Below, one piece after another: positions 14,039 to 25,672 of a stretch of DNA of 64,000 bases (the first letter of the stretch is position 1; the number at the start of each line of letters is the position of its first letter). The stretch covers positions 76,570,001 through 76,634,000 of the forward strand of contig OZ024743.1 in assembly GCA_964016885.1 (NCBI GenBank). The letters are read 5' to 3'. Origin of the DNA: Eledone cirrhosa. Lineage: Eukaryota. The notes beneath the pieces were generated by a model. The model had not been told where the DNA came from. It did not search any database and saw only the letters and a program-made list of their open reading frames with translations. Position numbers and translations under genes: made by a program.

Positions 14039-14459
14039 CTAAATCCCATACGGTTGAGTAACATTATGCGGTAACTAACTGTTTCTTCTAACAATGAACT
14101 TACTGACCACCAGTCTACCCTTCACAACACTTCCATCTTGACCGCTAGCCACGTGATAATTTTCACCACTTTTGAATTTGTTATTGGTGGCGATCACTTT
14201 GAAATTTCGGTCCTAACTGAGGGAATCTCTTGATAAGCTTGAAACCTCGTGGACAACATAGCAATTATACATTTTCACAAAGTACGAGCGAAACTTTCGA
14301 CAGTCGGGACTAGGGGAATATGGGTGACATTTATCAGTTATTTCTTCAAACTTACATTTTAAACTTAGCTCCATTTAAATGATTATTTGTCTAGTTAATT
14401 TCTACGGACTAAGAGGAAAAATTAGGTAAATTTTATCTGACTGTTCTTTAAACTTATAA

Positions 14460-14523
<64 letters not shown>

Positions 14524-14678
14524 AGAAAAAAGAGAATCAGTGTTGCGACGAATGGAATTTATTGGACATATTACAACCAGCTCGAGGCACGATCGATGTG
14601 ATGATCGAACCTGACTCTGAAAATCGCAAAGTCCTCAGATACGTTTTGATTCTACGAAGCAGATTTTCCTAATCAATT

Positions 14679-14748
<70 letters not shown>

Positions 14749-15054
14749 TGTTTTCCAGAGAGCCATAGTGATGTTGTTTCATCAGCTGCACGACCCATGA
14801 ATAAACTTGTTAGATATACACCATTACCAGTATTGCTACCACCACTACTACCACCACCAACACTACTACCACAACCTACACCACATCTACCACCACCACT
14901 ACCACCACCACCACCACCACCACCACCACCAACACCACCACCACCACCTGATGGACATATCCGAATCTATTCTCAACGATCAAAACGAAACAAAACAATA
15001 AGTTAGGACAGAAACCACAAATGAAAACAAACGTCTCTCTCTCTCCCTCCCCCA

Positions 15055-15101
<47 letters not shown>

Positions 15102-15346
15102 CCACCCACCCCTCTCTCTCTCTCTCTCTCTCCCTCCCCCACCCCCCTCTCTCTCTCTCTCTCATTATCTCTCTGTCTCTACATATATATATATATGTAT
15201 AAATATATCGCCCCTCTCCCTCTCTCTCTCTTTCTCTCTCTCTCTCTCTTTCTTGCTGTTCTTTCTTTCACTCTCCTTCTCCCTGGTGAACGAATAGTAA
15301 ATAAATATTACACATCAATAAACTATATATATATATATATATATAT

Positions 15347-15540
15347 AACGAAGGAAGTGTGGTAAGGAACCCGATGGACCATAACGCACCAGAGTACTCA
15401 ATACTTAGGGTAGTAGAGTGGGTAATAGGAAAATGTTTAACCCCGACGGCAGACCTCAAGCCGTTTCGACGGCTATTTCTGGACTCAGAAATAGCCGTCG
15501 AAACGGCTTGAGCTCTGCCGTCGGGGTTAAACATTTTCCA
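15347..15540 (-). mobile_element. Family P1 Penelope-like fragment with ~54-bp foldback
   Basis: Arms 15428-15481 and 15486-15539 are reverse complements. (TA)n on both sides. Confidence 0.75.
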
Positions 15541-15789
15541 TATATATATATATATATATATATATATCTATATATATATATATATATATATATCTATATA
15601 TATATCATATATATATTTGTATATGCATGTATATATACATATATATATGTGTGTGTATATATACATATATACATATACAAATATATATGATATATATATA
15701 GATATATATATAGATATATATATAGATATATATATATAGAGAGAGAGGGGGGGGAGAAGGCTGGAGAGATAGATAGATAGATAGATATA

Positions 15790-15848
15790 TTTCTTTATTA
15801 GCCACAGGGGCACAAAAGAAGGGGACAAATACAAAGGGGGAAGTTTAC

Positions 15849-15849
<1 letters not shown>
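15790..15849 (-). mobile_element. Severely 5'-truncated copy (3' terminal ~60 bp) of the Tx1-like family, inserted in (GATA)n
   Basis: TTTCTTTATTAGCCACAGGGGCACAAAAGAAGGGGACAAATACAAAGGGGGAAGTTTACA matches the 3' ends at 50881, 56695 and 62101. GATA repeats on both flanks. Confidence 0.85.
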
Positions 15850-15896
<47 letters not shown>

Positions 15897-16299
15897 GCAG
15901 ACAGACATAGATAGCTAACAATAGTAGTAGAAGTAAGGTGAGGGGGAACTGACGGTGATAAAGCATTATTTTCTAGTGACCAGCCAAGCATATCTGTTTA
16001 CATTAATACGTTCTACAATAACAGTCTACTGATGTCCATAGAAACCTTGGACGGTATTTTGTTTTATTTTCATTGCTTACTTTTTCTTGTTTCTATTTCT
16101 CCGACTTCTTTGTAAACCCTTACATTTTTTTGTGTAACCTTGTGGCAATAATAAAGGGAAAATTATTATTATTATTATTATTATTGTTGTTGTTGTTGTT
16201 GTTGTTATTGTCTTTCTAAGGCATTGAAAATAAGATACAAAATATAAAACTGACTCTGTGTGGTATTGTTGGACAGGTGATGGAGGTATGTTTTAACGT

Positions 16300-16359
<60 letters not shown>

Positions 16360-16659
16360 GAATGTATGTATAGTATATCTGGCAATATACCGTATGTTTA
16401 ATTAAAACATTTAGAAGACCATACGCTATCTGTTTTAAAGTAGTGACTATGTCACTTCTTTTCGGCGAAAGAAGGGAGAGAAGTTGACAGTCTGTTCCAA
16501 GCTGGTTGGCGATCATCAGAGCCACGCACCCCCTGCTTCTGCCGAAAATTATAGAAGCAGGCTTCTTATAGAATTCCAGTAATAATTCGGAGCTGATTAT
16601 ACAGAGTGATCGCCGGTCCAGCAAAAATTAGGATTATTGTTGTTATTGTTATTAATGTA

Positions 16660-16690
<31 letters not shown>

Positions 16691-16697
16691 ATATATG

Positions 16698-16728
<31 letters not shown>

Positions 16729-16749
16729 CTTCTTTTTTTTTTTATTTTA

Positions 16750-16780
<31 letters not shown>

Positions 16781-16840
16781 CTTTCTCCTCGTGCAATGGC
16801 CATACTCGATAACGAGGGGGGGGGGGGGGCAGCCATCATG

Positions 16841-16886
<46 letters not shown>

Positions 16887-16953
16887 CAAGGTTTAGCAAA
16901 TAAGAAAAAGTTTCAAAATAAATTTCAAAAAGTTTCCTGTACTCACTATGGTT

Positions 16954-17040
16954 ACCTTTAACGAATCGGTTTCGAGTCTCAAAAATAAATGGACAGTCCT
17001 TGCGGCCTTCCATTTTAAAGATAAACTCTCGTCAGAAGGT
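16954..17040 (-). ncRNA. Type-I hammerhead ribozyme, unit 1
   Basis: Minus strand reads acctt CTGACGA gagt...actc GAAA ccgattcgt TA aaggt, with one stem-III mismatch. Confidence 0.72.
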
Positions 17041-17464
17041 TCTTTTCACTCGGAGAATATAAAATTCCCGAGTTCAAATTACGAACTGGCGCTGTTCAAA
17101 ATTGTTCCCGAGAGAGATTGAATGAGAATGAATGATGTGGAAGCAATTCTGTCCAGTGCCGTGTGTAAAGATAGAAGCAGAGGCAGGGAGGTCAGTCTAC
17201 TACCACTATAAATAGCAGCAGTCAAACGACCAAATTTTATCTCGACCAAGAGGAGTATAATTATTATTTTTTTTTTTTTCTTTCTCCTCGTATATCCCTA
17301 CACGCAAAAAGCATCCAGGGACACATGTATTGTCCAACCATATGCCAATGTGGTTCAATGGCTAGTTAATAAATTAACGAGCCAGAACATATATAATCAA
17401 GGTTTAGCAAATAAGAAAAAGTTTCAAAATAAATTTCAAAAAATTTCCTGTACCCACTATGGTT

Positions 17465-17551
17465 ACCTTTACCGAATCGGTTTCGAGTCTCAAAAATAAA
17501 TGGACAGTCCTTGCGGCCTTCCATTTTAAAGATAAACTCTCGTCAGAAGGT
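17465..17551 (-). ncRNA. Type-I hammerhead ribozyme, unit 2
   Basis: Minus strand reads acctt CTGACGA gagt...actc GAAA ccgattcgg TA aaggt. All stems pair. Confidence 0.82.
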
Positions 17552-17882
17552 TCTTTTCACTCGGAGAATATAAAATTCCCGAGTTCAAATTACGAACTGG
17601 CGCTATTCAAAATTGTTCCCGAGATGAGAATGAATGATGTGGAAGCAATTCTGTCCAGTGCCGTGTGTAAAAATAGAAGCAGAGGCTGGGAGGTCAGTCT
17701 ACTACCACTATAAATAGCAGCAGTCAAACGACCAAATTTTATCTCGAGCAAGAGGAAATAATAATAATAAAGTATATATCCCTACACGCAAAAAGCATCC
17801 AGGGACACATGTATTGTCCAACCATATGCCAATGTGGTTCAATGGCTAGTTAATAAATTAACGAGCCAGAACATATATAATC

Positions 17883-17953
<71 letters not shown>

Positions 17954-18104
17954 CAGGATTTAACCAGTATTAAACTAGTAAGACCAATATTCAGCAGAGT
18001 ATTCGAAACTTGGGATAGTAGAGTGTGGTTATATTAGAAAGAGTTGGGGCCCGGTGGATGGCTGTTCAAACGGCAAGAGTTCAGCCGTCGGGTCCGCACT
18101 CTTT

Positions 18105-18175
<71 letters not shown>

Positions 18176-18287
18176 CGGACCGGTTTACATACGGGTCACT
18201 TTCACAACCTTTCAGACCTGTATTAGCTGGCAGGAGGTCATATATTTTATCGTTCCTGGGTCTTTTAGCCCTAGGAAAGGAAAATGC

Positions 18288-18366
18288 TTCTCTGATGAGC
18301 TTTGGTTTTCCATCAGATATCCATCGGATTTCTGGGGTTTTACAAAGCGAAACTGATCAATAAGGA
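18288..18366 (+). ncRNA. Type-I hammerhead ribozyme motif, slightly degenerate
   Basis: ttct CTGATGA gctttg...caaagc GAAA ctgatcaa TA agga. Near-palindromic stem III with one mismatch. Confidence 0.62.
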
Positions 18367-18447
18367 CCATTAGAAGAGGTAAATATTTATATTATATTTT
18401 TTAATTTATTTAAAAAAATTGGTTGAATTTTACTTGTTCTGCTTATC

Positions 18448-18554
<107 letters not shown>

Positions 18555-18879
18555 GGGGGAGAGAGAGAGAGAGAGAGAATAGAAAACGAAGAGTCAGTGA
18601 TGCATCTGAACTCAATTTATTGTGTGTTACAATTGTTTCCCCGGCAGACAGCTCGAGACGCGATCATTGTGTGTATCTGTCTGATTCTGGACCCGCAGGT
18701 TCGACGGACACGTCTAATGATTTCGGAGCATATTCTCCCATACCACCTATGGAAGCATCTTAGCTACCATCAGACACATATATATATTCGAAAATAAACT
18801 GATGGAGCGTTGAATAGATGACAATTCTTAATAAATGTAGAAACACAGAAAATAACAGTAAATGCAGTCGAATGTTATA

Positions 18880-19275
18880 AATAATTGTTTCTACTTTGGG
18901 CACAAGGCCAGCAATTATCTCAGTGTATTACTGATACTTCATTTTATCGACCCCGTAAGGATGAAAGGCAAAGTTAACCTCGGCGGGATTTGAATTCAGA
19001 CCATAAAGAGCTGTATCTCATTGCTGCAAAGCATGGCATGGCGCCCGACCCTCTACCGATACTGCCAATCCACCGTCCTTTGAATGTTATAAATAATAGC
19101 TTAGAAAGTGAGCAAAAAACCCCTATAGACGGGGGAAAGTGGCCAACAGCCACTGCAGAGAATCGAACTCCACACCTCTTAATTTCTCTCAGATTTGAAC
19201 TCAGAGCGCAGAAAGTCAGAACAAATACCACAAAACAAACAATCCAACGTTCTAACAACTCTACCAATTTACCGC
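18880..19275 (-). mobile_element. Family-1 SINE plus a partial second copy
   Basis: Same body and B-box motifs as 5141-5330. Confidence 0.8.
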
Positions 19276-20139
19276 CTATGAAATACACTACATTTTAATT
19301 AATTGATAATTGATAGGAATTTACTAAAATCATTAATTATTTCATTACTTGCAACACATCTTAAAACGTTTTTTATATAAAATCATGACGGAAGATATTT
19401 ATTTAAATCTTTAGAGTGTATGGTTCTGATTCAGTGAACCAGATACGGTTTTGGGTGGATCAGTATCAAATGGGTTAACATGATTCTTAGCCAGAATCAA
19501 TGTAACACAATATATGATGAGGCTGCGACATCTAAACTATAATAATGTAAGGAGTGCGCGACTGCATCCAGAATATATATTATTTTATCCCGTTTGTAAA
19601 ATAAGTTGGATTACTTAGAATAAATAATGAATGAATATTACATAATTTATCTACTAAATTTCGTAATTCTTGATTAAATATAAATAATTTTGTTGCTTAT
19701 TTTAAGATTCACTTCTTTAAAATTTTCAAGTGTCAACACTTCCGGTTAGCGATCGCTTATATAAACATTCATATATTTCCGTCACTAATCTTTTTCCTAA
19801 TGCAGTTTATATATAATATCGTCTTTTTTTTATGTATCATGGATTACGTTACTGATTACATAAGACAGTGTAACACAGTTTTCGTTCAGTTTCTGTGTAT
19901 ATTGTCAATTACGATTTTATTTGATGTATCATATCTACATGTATATATACTTGCGTATAATATCAATATACACGCTACACGTGCTAGCAGAAAACCACCC
20001 GAAGGATGGTTTTTCTACTAGTTCAATTAAAGGTACAGCCCACCAAACAGGCTTTTATACAGTTTCTGTTTACCCAATTAAACTTGGGTCGACCCGACTA
20101 TGCAGTTAGGCCAAAACTGTAATTGTATAGAATGGAATG

Positions 20140-20820
20140 ACGTTAGTGACGTACGTTGGACCTCCGTCGATTCCGACAAGGAGTGTTCTAGATAGTTTAA
20201 TTAACGGAACAGCTTGCCGGTGAAATTAACATGCAAGTGACTTAGCATTTGAAAGATATCTTTATGTACCCTTAAAGTAGTTTTCAGGGAGATTCAGCGT
20301 GATACAGGCTGTGATAAGGATGTCCCCTTTGAATTACTGGTACAGCTCATTTTTGTTAGCTGCGTCGACAGGAGGAACTTGAAGAAGTGTTATACTGAAA
20401 GACACAATGCACTGCTAGGAATTGAACTTACGACCTTACAATCGGGAGCCGAATACCCTAACCACTAAACTACGTTAGTGCATGCATGGTCCCGTAACTC
20501 CTAGAGGAGTCGTAGGGGCAACGTAGTGACATAAGGCGTTACTAGGGCATTTTTTAAAAACCTGGTGGAGCCCGCCTCCTCTCCAGGTCTGAATACTGCA
20601 GATTTCTTCCAGAGAAAGATAGAGAGAGTGAGAGAATAGAAGAGAGAAAAAGATATAGAGGGAGAATTGACGCCAGTATTAGACTGGTACTTTTTTATCG
20701 ACTCGATGGGATGAAAGGCAATGTTGACCTCGGTGGGATTTGAACTAAGAGAGAAGAGAGTGGAAATGAATACCACACAGCAATCTATCCGATGCTCTAA
20801 CGACTCTGCCAATTCATCAC
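20140..20820 (-). mobile_element. Family-2 SINE (20140-20475) and family-1 variant SINE (20520-20820)
   Basis: Reverse complement similarity to 25673-25970 and to 32148-32440 respectively. Confidence 0.7.
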
Positions 20821-20909
20821 CTGACCACGTTAGCAGCAGCGACTAAATGAAATCCAATTCAACAATACCTGGTCAACATGAATGATCTCAGATAAACACC
20901 AATACTGAA

Positions 20910-22276
20910 TTATTTCTGGTTCACCAACCACCAGTGGGGGCCGTTGCAGTTATTTCTGGTTCACCAACCACCAGTGGGGGCCGTTGCAGTTGTTTCTTGT
21001 TCACCAGCCGCCAGTGGAGGCCGTTGCAGTTATTTCTTGTTCACCAACCACCAGTGGGGGCCGTTGCAGTTATTTCTTGTTCACCAACCACCAGTGGGGG
21101 CCGTTGCAGTTATTTCTTGTTCACCAACCACCAGTGGGGGCCGTTGCAGTTATTTCTTGTTCACCAACCACCAGTGGGGGCCGTTGCAGTTATTTCTTGT
21201 TCACCAACCACCAGTGGGGGCCGTTGCAGTTCTTTCTTGTTCACCAACCACCAGTGGAGGCCGTTGCAGTTCTTTCTGGTTCACCAACCGCCAGTGGAGG
21301 CCGTTGCAGTTATTTCTGGTTCACCAGCCGCGAGTGGGGGCCGTTGCAGTTATTTCTTGTTCACCAGCCACCAGTGGAGGCCGTTGCAGTTATTTTTTGT
21401 TCACCAGCCACCAGTGGAGGCCGTTGCAGTTATTTCTTGTTCACCAACCGCCAGTGGAGGCCGTTGCAGTTATTTCTTGTTCACCAACCACCAGTGGGGG
21501 CCGTTGCAGTTATTTCTTGTTCACCAACCACCAGTGGGGGCCGTTGCAGTTATTTCTTGTTCACCAGCCACCAGTGGGGGCCGTTGCAGTTCTTTCTTGT
21601 TCACCAACCACCAGTGGAGGCCGTTGCAGTTCTTTCTGGTTCACCAACCGCCAGTGGAGGCCGTTGCAGTTATTTCTGGTTCACCAGCCGCGAGTGGGGG
21701 CCGTTGCAGTTATTTCTTGTTCACCAGCCACCAGTGGAGGCCGTTGCAGTTATTTTTTGTTCACCAGCCACCAGTGGAGGCCGTTGCAGTTATTTCTTGT
21801 TCACCAACCGCCAGTGGGGGCCGTTGCAGTTATTTCTTGTTCACCAGCCACCAGTGGGGGCCGTTGCAGTTATTTCTTGTTCACCAGCCACCAGTGGAGG
21901 CCGTTGCAGTTATTTCTTGTTCACCAGCCACCAGTGGGGGCCGTTGCAGTTATTTCTTGTTCACCAGCCACCAGTGGAGGCCGTTGCAGTTATTTCTTGT
22001 TCACCAACCACCAGTGGGGGCCGTTGCAGTTATTTCTTGTTCACCAGCCACCAGTGGAGGCCGTTGCAGTTATTTCTTGTTCACCAACCACCAGTGGAGG
22101 CCGTTGCAGTTCTTTCTTGTTCACCAACCACCAGTGGAGGCCGTTGCAGTTATTTCTTGTTCACCAACCACCAGTGGAGGCCGTTGCAGTTATTTCTTGT
22201 TCACCAACCACCAGTGGAGGCCGTTGCAGTTCTTTCTTGTTCACCAACCACCAGTGGTGGCCGTTGCAGTTCTTTC
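20910..22276. repeat. 40-bp minisatellite (TTATTTCTTGTTCACCAACCACCAGTGGRGGCCGTTGCAG), ~34 copies
   Basis: Period of 40. The unit has no stop codon on the plus strand, which creates three overlapping ~450-aa pseudo-ORFs. Confidence 0.97.
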
Positions 22277-22365
22277 ACTATAAAGATTATCTTCTTACCT
22301 TAGTTTTATATATATATTGAACTATCTAGTTATATTTTAAGCAAACTCACAGTTTTATAAATATA

Positions 22366-23426
22366 CTAGCAGTAAAGCCCGGCGCTGCTCGGAGTCGCTC
22401 AGTAGCTGTGTTAAAGTTACAATGTTAAGTTTCTTTCTTGGCTTAAAAACTGTAGTGTCTACTGTGCAGACTTGCATGTGGTGTTTTTGATTAATATTCC
22501 CTCAACCAACAATATGCCTTATGAAGTTAAGAAAACATAACGATAACCCGAATGTTATAACAAAAGAGGATGCTGGGGATAGAAACTGCACTGGTTATTT
22601 ATTAACAAAGATCGAAAATGTAAACACTGCAACGCAGAGAAAAACATTAGCGTAACCAAATTATCAGTTATGTCTGTCTGCACGCCTATATCACCTCTCT
22701 GCACGACTGTCTGTCTGCACGCCTATATCACCTCTCTGCACGACTGTCTGTCTGCACGCCTATATCACCTCTCTGCACGACTGTCTGTCTGCACGCCTAT
22801 ATCATCTGTCTGCACGACTGTCTGTCTGCACGCCTAACGACGAAATATTTGCTTGTTTTACGTAGTCTTTAAATAGACTTGTTTTCAAGTAAAAATATTG
22901 TTTTAAAATGCTTTTAAATGGAAATGAAGCAAAACGGGGTCGCTCAGTAGCTGTGTTAAAGTTACAATGTTAAGTTTCTTTTTTGGCTTAAAAACTGTAG
23001 TGTCTACTGTGCAGACTTGCATGTGGTGTTTTTGATTAATATTCCCTCAACCAACAATATGCCTTATGAAGTTAAGAAAACATAACGATAACCCGAATGT
23101 TATAACAAAAGAGGATGCTGGGGATAAAAACTGCACTGGTTATTTATTAACAAAGACTGAGAAAGCCAGCGTAATTTTTTACGTAAGACGCTCAATGTAA
23201 ACAGAACAAAGGGAAATAACTGTTAACTTACGCTCAAAAATCGATACATTATATTCGATTTCGTCACATAGGGTGGGTCAATTTGAAATTTATTTTTTCC
23301 GATGTCTTCGCTAGGGCTCAATGTACAAGTATAGCAATTTCGGTGCAATTCCGTGAGAGATTCTAAGAGGAGATGTGTGCCAAAAATCGATAGACAGACA
23401 GACAACCACAGTTTTATATATATAGA
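22366..23426 (-). mobile_element. Non-autonomous Helitron
   Basis: Minus strand starts A|TCTATATATATAAAAC and ends in a GC-rich hairpin (CCGAGCAGCGCCGG) followed by CTAG|T. Contains a 37-bp minisatellite (22671-22836) and a ~220-bp direct duplication. Confidence 0.78.
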
Positions 23427-23465
23427 TTAGAAAAATATGTCACGTACCTGTAAACATTTACTTAA

Positions 23466-23686
23466 CCCTTTAGTATTTAAACCGGCCATATCCGGCCAGA
23501 ATTCTCTCACCTCTTTCTGTTCAAACCAGCTGTAACTGGCCGCTCATACTGGTGTTAAGGTATTGTTCTCAAAATAAATAACATCAAAATATCATAGCTT
23601 CGATATTATGTAAGATAATTATGTGAGGTAAAGCCTTTAACGTGAAAATATGATAGTATTTATAGAGTAATGTAAATGTTAATGGG
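23466..23686. mobile_element. piggyBac-like MITE
   Basis: TTAA|CCCTTTAGTATTTA...TAAATGTTAATGGG|TTAA: imperfect TIRs with a TTAA TSD. A related inverted copy lies at 28666-28928. Confidence 0.75.
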
Positions 23687-23722
23687 TTAAAACTAAGATA
23701 CATGTATACTCCAACAGTGTGA

Positions 23723-24015
23723 AGGCGCGTGGCTTAGTGGTTAGAGTGCTGAGCTCACAATCTTGAGTTCGAATCCTGAACCGAATGGTGCGTTGTGTTC
23801 TTGACACTTTATTTCACGTTCCAATTCTCTTAGCTGTAGAAATGAGTTACCAAGCTGTATCTGACACCTCCTTTCCCTTGGACAACATCGGTGGCATGGA
23901 GGGAGGAGACTGGCATGCATGGGCGACTGCACAAACACACCTTTTACGGGGAAGTTTCACACACTTTGAGGAGGAATTTTCCAGGTGCAAAACCATGGTC
24001 ATTCGATACTCCAAT
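23723..24015 (+). mobile_element. Family-2 tRNA-derived SINE
   Basis: A-box-like GGCGCGTGGCTTAGTGGTTAG, B-box GTTCGAATCC, then a TGTGTTCTTGACACTTTATTTCAC core. Confidence 0.78.
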
Positions 24016-24089
24016 AAACGCAGCACAACCGAATGGTTAAAGGTGTCGCATCGTGTGGTGATTCAGATGAACGGTATGCCCACCTCCTC

Positions 24090-24405
24090 ATATGAATACA
24101 ATTGCTTACCGCCAAGCCGAAGAGAGCGAACTGTCCAAATATAGGCCGCCCTCGGATAGGTTTATGGTAGAGCATGTAGCAGTGGAGACTTCCGTCTTGG
24201 CCCCCGGATCACATCCCTACTCTCTACTATCGGGGCAGAGGTGGCTGCATGCAGGTGCGAACCTCGCGAGGGGGAGTGACTGTTCCAGCGCATCACCCTC
24301 GCCGTCCTACGGGACAATGGATTCTCTATCCAGTCGGCTGGGAACCAGGGGTGGAGGGTAAGTTAGTTGGTTGTGGGTGGGGGATACTCGCTTGGACGTC
24401 ACTTC
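24090..24405 (+). mobile_element. 3' fragment of a CRE/Hero-like non-LTR element (restriction-like endonuclease type), decayed
   Basis: Frameshifted translation ...SKY...VAVETS...GPR...LFQRITLAVLRDNGFSI resembles the C-terminal FQRISxxxxRGNA motif of that group. Confidence 0.55.
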
Positions 24406-24539
24406 AACAACTAATGAAGGATGAAAGAACAAAAAAAAATACCATAGCTTAAAATATAGAAGCAAATGCTAAAGGTAAAAAAAATCGACAGTGAATTGAA
24501 TCGTTTCAGGAATAAGTCTAATCAATATATACATATATG

Positions 24540-24812
24540 TATGGCCCCGTAACACCTGATAGAGCCGTAGGGGCACCGTATTGACATACAGCGTTTCTTG
24601 GGCATTTTAAGCCCGCCCCAGGCCTGACTACAGTAGATTTCTTCCATAGAGAGGAAGAATCGATCCCAGTACTAGACTGGTACTTATCGCCCTCTAAAGG
24701 ATGAAAGGCAAAGTTGACCTCAGCGGGATTTGAACTCAGAGAGCAGAGAGTCGAAACGAATACTAGAAAGCATTCTATCCGACGTTCTAACGACTCTGTC
24801 AATTCGCCGCCT
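24540..24812 (-). mobile_element. Family-1 variant SINE
   Basis: Shared head and body motifs. Confidence 0.78.
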
Positions 24813-25404
24813 TCTATAATGTGTAAATAGTTTTTTTTTTAAAACATCTGTTACATTCAAATGTGTCATATTTAATGTTTCGGCAGCAGATCTCTCTCCT
24901 ACTTACAAATACTCTTCCAACCAGAATCTCATCTCTCCTCACGGTCCTTCTTCCACGGTTTTCTCTACCCCTGCACCTGCCCTTGTTGTCATAAAACTGT
25001 TAAATGTAGGTCGTATGCTCCAAGGAAAGTAGCAGTGGTGAGCATACAATACAGTTTGAAGGTGGGATGTATTGGTTCACCGTGAGAAAGATAAAAAGTT
25101 AAACGTTTCGATCAGTATATATTGTCGGATATATTTTATGGCTGTTAACTACAATTGTTTTATACCACATTCCTTACACCTTTACAGATCATAATCTACA
25201 TGAGGTCTACTGAAACCTTTCTTTTATAAATGTATGGTAGTAGCAGTAGTAATTAGTAACAACAGTAATAATATAAGAATTTCTATCACAATGCAATTGT
25301 AACCTCAGCAAACATGAAAGAACAGCCGAACTCCCACTGTCATCACCTCCATCTCTGTGGCCCTCCTCATATCTCCGTATGGTGAGCAAATGGCGTCCCG
25401 CGTG

Positions 25405-25565
25405 CTGCCCTCCTCACAGCCTCGGTGGGCAGAATGGAGAAGGCGTTTCCCCGAAGGATGGTAAGGGAGATGCGCTGGAAGAACCATTCCAGCTCGCGAG
25501 GCTCACACCTGCGGCTGGCCAACTCAGCGCCTATGGTGGTGAGTAGGGAGATAGCTCTAGGGCCA
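25405..25565 (-). mobile_element. CRE/Hero-like non-LTR 3' fragment
   Basis: Minus strand translates GPRAISLLTTIGAELASRRCEPRELEWFFQRISLTILRGNAFSI and is similar to 24200-24330. Confidence 0.6.
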
Positions 25566-25672
25566 AGGGAAATGTATGTTTATGGCAACACAATTTGATT
25601 GGTTTATATGCTGTATATTTGAATTATCAGGGTTAATACTTTTAATATAGACACAAGCTGCTACAATGTGTG

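Larger units (their letters stand above)
16881..17886 (-). mobile_element. Two tandem ~500-bp units, each carrying a hammerhead ribozyme (retrozyme-like or Penelope pseudo-LTR tandem)
   Basis: TATAATCAAGGT recurs at ~16881, ~17392 and ~17876. The units are near-identical and flanked by (TA)n. Confidence 0.75.

Noticed and set aside
14560-14790. Additional hammerheads (minus-strand CTGAGGA near 14635 and CTGATGA near 14780; plus-strand CTGATGT near 16030)
   Set aside because: Core or stems are too degenerate to support a call.
20934-22320. Three overlapping ~450-aa ORFs
   Set aside because: Artefact of a stop-free 40-bp unit cycling through the frames.
23723-23810. tRNA genes (also 25673 and 41557)
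   Set aside because: The tRNA-like heads run into shared SINE bodies and do not form a clean cloverleaf.
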